From positions 1 through 41,583 of the forward strand of contig BTQM01000001.1 of assembly GCA_036985875.1 (NCBI GenBank): DNA of 41,583 nt. Reading direction: 5' to 3'. This stretch comes from Patescibacteria group bacterium (GTDB taxonomy: Bacteria; Patescibacteriota; Minisyncoccia; Phycocordibacterales; UBA1539). The notes beneath the pieces are model-generated. The model was not told the origin of the DNA and made no database searches. It saw only the letters and a program-made list of their open reading frames with translations. Both the position numbers and the translations under genes were made by a program. Shown here piece by piece: positions 26,967-33,667 of this stretch (position 1 is the first letter of the stretch; every line of letters starts with the position of its first letter).

Positions 26967-27002
26967 CCACATTCATTTTATTATCAAATAAAATGAATGT
27001 GG
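26967..27002. repeat. perfect 16-bp-arm palindrome CCACATTCATTTTATT-ATCA-AATAAAATGAATGTGG
   Basis: Read directly. Covers the alternative rarA ATG at 26976 and lies just upstream of the ATG at 26952. Confidence 0.9.
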
Positions 27003-27070
27003 GTTGTTCCGAACGGCTCCGCCCGCTAGGCGATGCCGCCCGTCCGCCTCCAGAGGAGAACCTGCATAGC

Positions 27071-27171
27071 ATAAAAGCAAAAACCCCAGTTGATTTGGGT
27101 AAGGATCCATACAGGCTTACCTCAAATATAACTCAGCACCACATCCTCACTACGGTCGGCTGGTTACTGGG
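27071..27171 (-). other. structured 3' element and terminator downstream of sORF A
   Basis: Minus strand: outer stem CCCAGT...ACTGGG encloses the hairpin GGTAAG-N12-CTTACC, followed by GTTTTTGCTTTT. Confidence 0.4.
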
Positions 27172-27179
27172 CAAGGCCC

Positions 27180-27308
27180 CTATTTGCGCTTTTTGCCGGC
27201 CTTGCTTCGCCGCGAGGCGAGCATTTCACGCTTTATCGCAAGACGCTTTTTGGTCTTTTTTGAACGCGATGTTTTTTTCTTGTCTACTCCCGTACTTCTT
27301 TTTGCCAT
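27180..27308 (-). CDS. 42-aa highly basic small ORF A (MAKRSTGVDKKKTSRSKKTKKRLAIKREMLASRRSKAGKKRK)
   Basis: Not in the ORF track. The ATG lies 7 nt downstream of a TATAAT box. 21 of the 42 residues are Lys or Arg. Its 5' module is duplicated at 31069-31109. Confidence 0.35.
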   Translation of the reverse strand: MAKRSTGVDKKKTSRSKKTKKRLAIKREMLASRRSKAGKKRK

Positions 27309-27315
27309 GTAAATG

Positions 27316-27321
27316 ATTATA
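27316..27321 (-). promoter_or_regulatory. -10 TATAAT of sORF module A
   Basis: Minus strand reads ATAGTGTATAAT-CATTTAC-ATGGCAAAAAGAAG. The 12-mer ATAGTGTATAAT is identical at 31098-31109. Confidence 0.5.
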
Positions 27322-27464
27322 CACTATTTATCTCTTACTGTGGACAGCCTGTCTCCCCACCCGTCTTGTTAGAGCAAAGGCGGGACGGATCTGCAGGGTT
27401 GGCAGTACGAGTTGCGATGGAGGGCATTTACCGGCGGCTATAACTGTGCTAATGTTTTGTGGTT

Positions 27465-28718
27465 ATGTCAACAAGGCAACATTATGACGTTATTGTGATC
27501 GGCGGCGGCGCTTCGGGGATGATGGCCGCCGGCCGCGCGGCAAGCCGCGGCCGGCGAGTTTTGCTCGTGGAAAAAAATAAGGAACTTGGGAAAAAGCTCT
27601 CAGTCACCGGCGGCGGGCGCTGCAATATCTTCAATGCGGAGGAAGACGAGCGGAAGCTTCTTGAGAATTACGGCGACGCGGCGAAGTTTCTTCACTCGCC
27701 ATTTTCGCAACACGGCATGCAGGACTCCAGAGAATTTTTTGAAAAAAGGGGACTGCCGATAGTTGTTGAGGCTCGAAAAAGAGCGTTTCCCGCGTCGCAA
27801 AAAGCAACCGATGTAGTGCAGACCATGAAGCAATACGCCGCGGGCAATAATGTAGAGTTCAAAACAGGCACAAAGGTTCTGGGTTTTAAGGTTGAGAATG
27901 GGAAAATTGTCGGAATAGAAACAAATCGTGGTTTATACACGGGCAAGGCCTACATATTGGCAACGGGTGGTTCCTCGCATCAGGAGACAGGATCCACCGG
28001 TGAGGGGATCAGCTGGTTGGCGGGTCTCGGACATACCGTCCATAAGTCAAATCCCAATGTCGTTCCGCTTACGGTGGAGGAGGAATGGGTAAAGGCGTCC
28101 TCTGGCAGAACACTGTCGTTCATAAAGATCACGTTTGGTGTTGACCGAGCGAAGAGCGCGGGACGTTTTTCGCGTGTGGGCAAAATACTTTTTACACACT
28201 TTGGGCTGTCGGGCCCGCTTATTCTCAATGCCGCTTACGAAGTAAAAAAATTACTTGCAAGCGGTCCCGTGAGAGCGACTATTGATATGTATCCCGATAC
28301 CGAGGTCAGTGCGCTTCGAAAGCGCGTATACGACGTGCTTGATAAAAACAAAAACAAGGTGCTCAAGAACGTACTCAAAGAATTCGCGCCTGCCGGTATG
28401 AGTGAGGCGGTTGCCGCACAGCTTCCACTCGAACTGCAAAACAAGAAAGTACACAGTGTGGTGAGACGGGAGCGGCGCGAACTTGCAGATCTTCTCAAAG
28501 CAATGCCGCTTACCATTACCGGTACGATGGGTATGGACTGGGCCGTTACTTCTGATGGCGGTGTTGACCTAAAAGAAATTGACACTAAAACAATGCGTTC
28601 AAAAATATACAACAATCTCTACTTCACGGGAGACGTGCTCCACATCAATCGTCCGAGTGGGGGATACTCGTTGCAGCTTTGCTGGACAACAGGTCATGTG
28701 GCTGGTTCACACGCCTAA
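27465..28718 (+). CDS. HI0933/BaiN-like FAD-dependent oxidoreductase
   Basis: DVIVIGGGASGMMAA dinucleotide fold and the TGGGRCN motif characteristic of this family. The first ATG is at 27465; the track opens at a GTG at 27459. Confidence 0.85.
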   Translation: MSTRQHYDVIVIGGGASGMMAAGRAASRGRRVLLVEKNKELGKKLSVTGGGRCNIFNAEEDERKLLENYGDAAKFLHSPFSQHGMQDSREFFEKRGLPIVVEARKRAFPASQKATDVVQTMKQYAAGNNVEFKTGTKVLGFKVENGKIVGIETNRGLYTGKAYILATGGSSHQETGSTGEGISWLAGLGHTVHKSNPNVVPLTVEEEWVKASSGRTLSFIKITFGVDRAKSAGRFSRVGKILFTHFGLSGPLILNAAYEVKKLLASGPVRATIDMYPDTEVSALRKRVYDVLDKNKNKVLKNVLKEFAPAGMSEAVAAQLPLELQNKKVHSVVRRERRELADLLKAMPLTITGTMGMDWAVTSDGGVDLKEIDTKTMRSKIYNNLYFTGDVLHINRPSGGYSLQLCWTTGHVAGSHA

Positions 28719-28782
28719 CTGAAGCACGGAGAAGATGGCGGTCTGATCTAAAAAAAGTTGATTGACCCCTTTATTTTTCTCT

Positions 28783-29820
28783 TCAATTAGTACGATATCG
28801 TAGCAATTCATCTATGATCTCACCTAGCTTAATAGTTGCCAAAGCGCAGTACTTGTCTGCTGCTCCATAATACACAAAAAAGTTGCCGTCTTTAACCAGG
28901 GCACCGGTAGGAAAAACAACATTGTTCACATCTCCGTTGACCTCGTATTCCTCTTTGGGCTCCAAAATTGGACAGGGTATCTTGGCAATAATTTTTGAAG
29001 GATCTTTCAAATCCAAGAGGGCGGCTTTGGCTGTATATATGATTCTTCCTTTCTCGTCTTTTTCTACATGATGATAAATTAAAAGCCAGCCAGAGCTTGT
29101 CTTGATAGGAGGCGCGCCGGGTCCGGTTTTTTCATCTTTTGCGTGATTGGAACGAATGAGTAATTTGTGGCCAAACCAGTTTTTTAGATCATATGAATAG
29201 GAAATCCAAGTCGCCGGTCTCTGCGGCAACTCTTCAAATGGTATTGGGATACTAACATCAATTTTTTCAGATCTTGGATCTTTAAACCAGTTTTTGCACC
29301 AGCGATGAGGTCTGTGCAGAATTATAAATTTACCATCGATCTTTTCTGGAAAAATTACTACGTCTCGATCGTCAGAATTCTTTGGAGTGATAATGCCATG
29401 CCGCTCAAATTTAACAAAATCTTTGGTGGTAACAAGCGCGGTTTGGGAGTTCAAATTGTGTATTATGTCATAAGTAGGTTTTCCACCCTCCCTTATGCGC
29501 TGCGCAAGAGCAACATATGTGATATAAAATATGTCGCCTACTTTCGTGACACGCGGATCCTCGCAAGCCCATCTGTCATAGTCATCCTCTGGCTTTATGA
29601 TCGGATCTTTGTTTCTCCTTTCGAAATTTACTCCGTCACTGCTTATTGCCAACCCTATACGCGAAATATATGTATCATACTCTCCGATTGCACGGTAGAG
29701 GAGATAGACGCTATCGTTTACCAAGACAGCACCGGGATTAAAGACGGCTTTTGATTCCCACTTTATATCTGGGTTAGGCGAAAGAATTGGATTCTCTTCT
29801 GCTCGTTTTAATTTGATCAT
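28783..29820 (-). CDS. GH130-family glycoside phosphorylase/hydrolase (beta-mannoside phosphorylase-like, DUF377)
   Basis: 345 aa. NPILSPNPD..WESKAVFNPGAV N-terminus, CEDPR and YYGAAD motifs of the five-bladed propeller GH130 family. Confidence 0.8.
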   Translation of the reverse strand: MIKLKRAEENPILSPNPDIKWESKAVFNPGAVLVNDSVYLLYRAIGEYDTYISRIGLAISSDGVNFERRNKDPIIKPEDDYDRWACEDPRVTKVGDIFYITYVALAQRIREGGKPTYDIIHNLNSQTALVTTKDFVKFERHGIITPKNSDDRDVVIFPEKIDGKFIILHRPHRWCKNWFKDPRSEKIDVSIPIPFEELPQRPATWISYSYDLKNWFGHKLLIRSNHAKDEKTGPGAPPIKTSSGWLLIYHHVEKDEKGRIIYTAKAALLDLKDPSKIIAKIPCPILEPKEEYEVNGDVNNVVFPTGALVKDGNFFVYYGAADKYCALATIKLGEIIDELLRYRTN

Positions 29821-29823
29821 ATT

Positions 29824-30171
29824 TTATTTATTAACGCGCCCATACTTATCTTCTATTCTCACGATATCGTCTTCATCAAATTCCCCAAAAGATATTTCAA
29901 GGATTCGCACCTCCGTATCTTTTGCTCTCACGCGATGCTTCTCGCCCATACCCACCACAAATTCGTCGCCTTTCCGAGCGGTAAATTCTTCATTGCCTAT
30001 AATGACCGTTGGTTCTCCGGAGAGTACGTGCCAAAATTCTTCGCGGTTTTTATGATGCTGCAAACTGAATTCCTCGCCCGGATTCACTACAAGAATTTTC
30101 ACCGTTGATAATTCATTTTTAGTAAATTCAATAAACGATCCCCACGGACGCGTGTGTGTGATTGATTTCAT
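29824..30171 (-). CDS. cupin-type mannose-6-phosphate isomerase-like protein
   Basis: 115 aa. RPWGSF...KILVVNPGEEFSLQHHKNREEFWHVLSG, the type II PMI cupin motif. Confidence 0.75.
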   Translation of the reverse strand: MKSITHTRPWGSFIEFTKNELSTVKILVVNPGEEFSLQHHKNREEFWHVLSGEPTVIIGNEEFTARKGDEFVVGMGEKHRVRAKDTEVRILEISFGEFDEDDIVRIEDKYGRVNK

Positions 30172-30221
30172 ATAGAGTATATATTATATATAGTAAAATT
30201 GGCCGTACAACTGCTGTTTCA

Positions 30222-30998
30222 CTAGCCCCTCGTAGCCTTGCTCTGCGGGGCTAATATTCCAAGAAGTTTGCGGATAGCTTTTTTCGTTTCCTCGGGTCCT
30301 GACACCTGAATCGTCTCCACCCCGGCCTCTTTCACAGAATAATCATTCCCTCCCGGGAACACCCCGTCACCTATAAAAAGCATTTTTTCTTTCGGTATGC
30401 TTAAGTGCTTCTCAATTTTTCCAACACCGTATCCCTTATCAATCCCTCTTTTTGTTACATCTATTGACGTTGTGCCGCCAATACGGACTTCAAATTCAGG
30501 AATCAAAGAGGCAAGCGCCCTCACTATCTTATCGCGCTTGCTATGATCTGGATCCCATTTTTCTTTCAGCTCAATCGGCGCTTCCTGTCCAAGGGCAGAA
30601 TATGTGATTTGAGTTCCTCTGTCTTCAATTAGCTCGCCGTAAATATGTTCCGGTGAAATAATGTTAGCACCAGAAAGCGCCGATCCAAAAGCCTGATGAA
30701 TTTTCTCCCTGTCTTTTGCGAGAAGCGATTCCCTGTATACTTGTATCCAGATATTTTGCTCATATATATACAAACTGCTCCCGCTTGTTGGCATAAGAAA
30801 CAAGTTTGAGAGTTTATCGCCAGAACAGCGCAGGCTCTTTAAGAATTGCTTTTCAAACTGTATGAATGAAGCGCCGGATATAACGGCAACTCTTGTTTTT
30901 GCAAGCAATTCGCAAAGAAGAGCCCCCATTTCTTTGTCGAGCGGCATCTTGCTTACGTTGAGCGTCCCATCAAGGTCGAAAATGATTAATTCTTTCAT
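30222..30998 (-). CDS. HAD-IIB hydrolase / phosphomannomutase-like protein
   Basis: FDLDGTL (motif I), ISGAS (motif II), K...GDGVFPGGNDY (motifs III and IV), and a cap domain of IIB size. Confidence 0.75.
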   Translation of the reverse strand: MKELIIFDLDGTLNVSKMPLDKEMGALLCELLAKTRVAVISGASFIQFEKQFLKSLRCSGDKLSNLFLMPTSGSSLYIYEQNIWIQVYRESLLAKDREKIHQAFGSALSGANIISPEHIYGELIEDRGTQITYSALGQEAPIELKEKWDPDHSKRDKIVRALASLIPEFEVRIGGTTSIDVTKRGIDKGYGVGKIEKHLSIPKEKMLFIGDGVFPGGNDYSVKEAGVETIQVSGPEETKKAIRKLLGILAPQSKATRG

Positions 30999-31090
30999 GC
31001 GAGTGTGATAAGGAGCTCGGAACCCACCCCGGATGTCTTCTCTGGATCCGACGCCCTTACCTTTTTTGTTCCCTTACTTCTTTTTACCAT
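30995..31090 (-). CDS. 31-aa small ORF B (MVKRSKGTKKVRASDPEKTSGVGSELLITLA), ATGA-coupled to the HAD gene
   Basis: Not in the ORF track. The ATG lies 7 nt downstream of a TATAAT box. Its stop TGA overlaps the HAD ATG at 30998. The first 21 nt match sORF A at 19 positions. Confidence 0.3.
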   Translation of the reverse strand: MVKRSKGTKKVRASDPEKTSGVGSELLITLA

Positions 31091-31097
31091 AGATATA

Positions 31098-31103
31098 ATT
31101 ATA
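31098..31103 (-). promoter_or_regulatory. -10 TATAAT of sORF module B
   Basis: Minus strand reads ATAGTGTATAAT-TATATCT-ATGGTAAAAAGAAG. Confidence 0.5.
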
Positions 31104-31256
31104 CACTATCTGCTCCCCGAGCGGATTCAGAGTTTGTCGGGATGTTTTGGGGCATGCTCCCGATGAAGAAGCGAGTGAAATTGCGGAGAGCAGCTACGCT
31201 AAACTCGTGGTAAGATGAGACGATGAGGCATTGGAAGCCGCAGGCGGTTAAAAAGA

Positions 31257-31799
31257 ATGGAGCGTACAAGAAACGTGGATATAAAAAACAAAAGGGGAAT
31301 AACGTTTATTGAATTGCTTGTGGTGATCGCGATCATAGGTATTATCGCTTCCGTGGTACTCCCTTCACTGAATTCAGCGCGTGATAAAGCACGAGAAGCA
31401 CACGCAAAAGCACAATTGAGAAACGTGCGAACGGCAATTGCGTCACTGGAAGACGATACGGGGAAGTGGCCCAACGGTTGCCAACCCGCGACTGTCTCAA
31501 ACCCCGAGATCGCTCTTGATGCTTCTGACGCAGGCATCAAACAACAACCCACCGTAGGAGACAATGGCACTGGGTGTATATGGACTAGCGAAGACATAGC
31601 GAATTGGAAAGGTCCTTACATAGAGACCCCCGTTGATCCATGGGGAAACTCTTACTGGTTTGACCCGGATTATTATCCATACAAAAACTGCGCAACTATC
31701 TCTGATGAGCCCGAGACGGTTGCCGTGCTTTCGTTCGGTCCCAATGGAGCGGGAATAAATGCGTATGATTGTGACGACATATTCCTTAAAATACAATAG
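31257..31799 (+). CDS. type IV pilin / GspG-like pseudopilin with a prepilin N-terminal cleavage/methylation domain
   Basis: Basic leader ending in G, then ITFIELLVVIAIIGIIASVVLPSL with Glu at +5. C-terminal DPWGNSYWFDPD...SFGPNG resembles GspG. Confidence 0.85.
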   Translation: MERTRNVDIKNKRGITFIELLVVIAIIGIIASVVLPSLNSARDKAREAHAKAQLRNVRTAIASLEDDTGKWPNGCQPATVSNPEIALDASDAGIKQQPTVGDNGTGCIWTSEDIANWKGPYIETPVDPWGNSYWFDPDYYPYKNCATISDEPETVAVLSFGPNGAGINAYDCDDIFLKIQ

Positions 31800-31800
31800 A

Positions 31801-31850
31801 ATGGGGGCGGGTGTCTGCACGGAAAAGTGACCCCCATTATCTTTTTTTAT
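31801..31850 (+). terminator. rho-independent terminator after the pilin gene
   Basis: AATGGGGG-N23-CCCCCATT followed by ATCTTTTTTTATTTTTT. Confidence 0.8.
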
Positions 31851-31853
31851 TTT

Positions 31854-32633
31854 TTATACGTCAAATACGGCAACTATAGCTTTGTGGTCGCTCACTCCCT
31901 CAATGGTTTCCACTGTGTCAACCCGTACATCAGGGCTTGTCATTATCGTGTCTACCACCAGACGTAGACCTTTGTGGCGATGAAGATTCGGGTCAATAGT
32001 TGAGTCAATATTTTTTGGTATCACGTCAACTAATTCATGTGCCAATGCATCGTACATATATTCTCCTCTGGGGTTATTAAGATCAGCGGTAAAGATTAAA
32101 GGATATGGAAGTTTTCTGATTATGGAGATGAAACGATCAAACAGTATTCGCGTGTGATTTATTTCCCTTACGTCACTCGTTTCATCAAAGGAATGATCTT
32201 TATAGCCGGGTGTTGAATGGTCGGTAACAGGGAAATGTGTTGTCGCGATGGTTAGCTTCTCTTTATTGACCTCTATAGTAGCTGTGAGTACTGAACTATG
32301 AGACAAGAAGCGTTCCTTCGGGCGGTTTCCATCCGCGGTTTTTTCCTCAGGTGCCGGCATATCATCAGAGGGATCGTCGTCATACCGCAGGTCAGATGAA
32401 TCCAAAATGGGGATTTTGGAGAGAATAGCAGTTCCTTCTGTGTCGCCGTCCTCTGTAGACACTAAAGGAGAGTACACAAATTCGTACCGGAGATCATCGG
32501 CAAGGTTTTTCGCATCACTTTCATTGATCTCTACGAAACAAGCCACATCTGGTTTTTGTGTTTTCATGAGATTGCGCACTGCTTTCAGATGTTTCTGTTT
32601 CTCAATATTAAGATGGAGAACTTTTATACTCAT
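31854..32633 (-). CDS. endonuclease/exonuclease/phosphatase (EEP) superfamily protein
   Basis: 259 aa. N-terminal LNIE and CFVEINE (metal-binding Glu), TTHF, ADLN and C-terminal SDHKAIV motifs in EEP order. No signal peptide is evident. Confidence 0.75.
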   Translation of the reverse strand: MSIKVLHLNIEKQKHLKAVRNLMKTQKPDVACFVEINESDAKNLADDLRYEFVYSPLVSTEDGDTEGTAILSKIPILDSSDLRYDDDPSDDMPAPEEKTADGNRPKERFLSHSSVLTATIEVNKEKLTIATTHFPVTDHSTPGYKDHSFDETSDVREINHTRILFDRFISIIRKLPYPLIFTADLNNPRGEYMYDALAHELVDVIPKNIDSTIDPNLHRHKGLRLVVDTIMTSPDVRVDTVETIEGVSDHKAIVAVFDV

Positions 32634-32655
32634 GGAATAAAGAGGTTAGGAGCCT

Positions 32656-32823
32656 TTATTTTTTCTTCCAATCTTTAATTGCGATGGAAGGAGTCCTGCC
32701 GCCGAACGTGAGTTCAAGTTTTTGGCGCTTGCGCCAGCCGAATTTTTTAATCAATTCCTTCGGAATAGTGACAGCATAGCTGTGAGTGCTCACTTTTCGC
32801 AATTTCATAATAAATTTTTTCAT
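32656..32823 (-). CDS. 55-aa AbrB/SpoVT/MazE-fold DNA-binding protein
   Basis: Not in the ORF track. MKKFIMKLRKVSTHSYAVTIPKELIKKFGWRKRQKLELTF... fits the swapped-hairpin 'xxVTIPKExxxxxGW' pattern. Ends 22 nt upstream of the EEP gene. Confidence 0.6.
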   Translation of the reverse strand: MKKFIMKLRKVSTHSYAVTIPKELIKKFGWRKRQKLELTFGGRTPSIAIKDWKKK

Positions 32824-32832
32824 GGTGTCCTC

Positions 32833-32841
32833 ATTGTACCA
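32833..32841 (-). promoter_or_regulatory. extended -10 TGGTACAAT, 9 nt upstream of the AbrB-like ATG
   Basis: Minus strand reads CATGGTACAAT-GAGGACACC-ATG. Confidence 0.5.
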
Positions 32842-32847
32842 TGAAAG

Positions 32848-32887
32848 TCACGTAATTACGGACGTAATTATGACCGTAATTACGTGA
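32848..32887. promoter_or_regulatory. three phased (12-bp period) CGTAATTA(C/T)G palindromes forming a 40-bp composite inverted repeat: candidate operator
   Basis: TCA-CGTAATTACG-GA-CGTAATTATG-AC-CGTAATTACG-TGA. The outer 14-mers are exact reverse complements. The element covers the -35 region of the AbrB-like promoter and the amidase stop codon. Confidence 0.6.
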
Positions 32888-33527
32888 GTGGTTCGGGGGC
32901 AAAAGAGGGAGACCTAAAAAAGGTACCTGACCCCTTTTCTTTTTTCTGCTTTCCAATTTTCTGCTTTTTTATCTTGTCCCATGGGAAAGCAGGGCCTGGG
33001 TCTTTCTTTCTACCAGGAGAGATGTGTTCATGCCCCACTACGTTTTCTAAAGTTATTTCAGGGAAGGATTCTAGTATAAATTTACTGAGTTCAATAACAG
33101 CATCAATTTGTTTAAGGGGATAAGATTCCCAAAAATTACCCAAACTATCTTCAAATACATCCTGACCATTAAATATCGTATTGTAATTATTAGGCCAACA
33201 ATAATAAACATCCCCTTTCTTTTTTAAAGGCCCCCAGTTGCTAATTTCAATACCAACTGAGAAAAAGTTAACCCATTTTTCTTCTTTCCAAACAGAATTG
33301 CCCGCATGATAAGCTATATCATCAAGCTTAACCATCTGAATGATTTTTCCATCTCTTCCGACAACAAAATGAGCGGACACCTCGACATTGGGTTGTTGAA
33401 AATATCTAACAACTTGGTCTGTATTTCCCCCCGCAGTGTAATGCATAACTAAAACAGTACAAGGTTTTTTCCTGCCCGTTCTTTTGTTGGGGCTCTCTTT
33501 GTATTCCCACGATGGATTTATTTTCAT
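32880..33527 (-). CDS. N-acetylmuramoyl-L-alanine amidase (Amidase_2/PGRP, AmpD-like)
   Basis: Start taken at MKINPSWEY (33527). VLVMHYTAG, SAHFVVGRDGKI, AYHAG, GHEHISPGRKKDPGPAFPW motifs. Lys-rich tail. Confidence 0.85.
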   Translation of the reverse strand: MKINPSWEYKESPNKRTGRKKPCTVLVMHYTAGGNTDQVVRYFQQPNVEVSAHFVVGRDGKIIQMVKLDDIAYHAGNSVWKEEKWVNFFSVGIEISNWGPLKKKGDVYYCWPNNYNTIFNGQDVFEDSLGNFWESYPLKQIDAVIELSKFILESFPEITLENVVGHEHISPGRKKDPGPAFPWDKIKKQKIGKQKKEKGSGTFFRSPSFAPEPLT

Positions 33528-33535
33528 ATATCCAG

Positions 33536-33544
33536 AGTATACCA
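33536..33544 (-). promoter_or_regulatory. extended -10 TGGTATACT, 8 nt upstream of the amidase ATG (leaderless candidate)
   Basis: Minus strand reads TTTTTGGTATACT-CTGGATAT-ATG. Confidence 0.45.
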
Positions 33545-33614
33545 AAAATTCTATCTTTAATGATGATGTAAGATAACCCACCCCTTGACGGGGCGCGCTT
33601 GTCATCATATAGGG

Positions 33615-33667
33615 GGAGCCAATAAGAAAGCCCCCCTCTTTTTGAGGGGGACTTTCTTATTGGCTCC
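33615..33667 (-). terminator. 24-bp-arm hairpin following, and overlapping, the tRNA-Asn 3' end
   Basis: GGAGCCAATAAGAAAGCCCCCCTC-TTTTT-GAGGGGGACTTTCTTATTGGCTCC with one mismatch. The right arm includes the last 7 nt (GGAGCCA) of the tRNA. Confidence 0.6.

Noticed and set aside
26953-27072. A GC-rich N-terminal extension of the rarA ORF (MLCRFSSGGGRAASPSGRS...).
   Set aside because: RarA homologues begin near the PLA..RP motif. The extension is low-complexity and contains the 36-nt palindrome, so it is probably non-coding.
27003-27179. Possible known ncRNA (SRP RNA, 6S RNA or a riboswitch) between sORF A and rarA.
   Set aside because: I could not find the SRP domain IV GGAA-tetraloop context or any riboswitch core I recognise. 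Only generic hairpins are present. The region is kept as an unexplained structured region, not called as an RNA gene.
26774-27316. A 180-aa plus-strand ORF spanning the rarA 5' end and the sORF A region.
   Set aside because: It runs antisense to the well-supported rarA N-terminus and to the promoter and sORF module. It has no start context and its sequence is low-complexity. I treat it as a shadow ORF.
31223-31312. A 29-codon basic ORF (MRHWKPQAVKKNGAYKKRGYKKQKGNNVY) starting 6 nt after TGGTAAGAT and overlapping the pilin start out of frame.
   Set aside because: The geometry fits the leaderless pattern. However, the ORF overlaps a well-supported pilin N-terminus and has no paralogue. It is mentioned under the leaderless finding but not called as a gene.
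32848-32887. Possibility of a mini CRISPR array, or of any CRISPR array elsewhere in the window.
   Set aside because: The repeats are 10-12 nt with a 12-bp period and no spacers. No array of 25-40 nt repeats with unique spacers is seen anywhere in the window.
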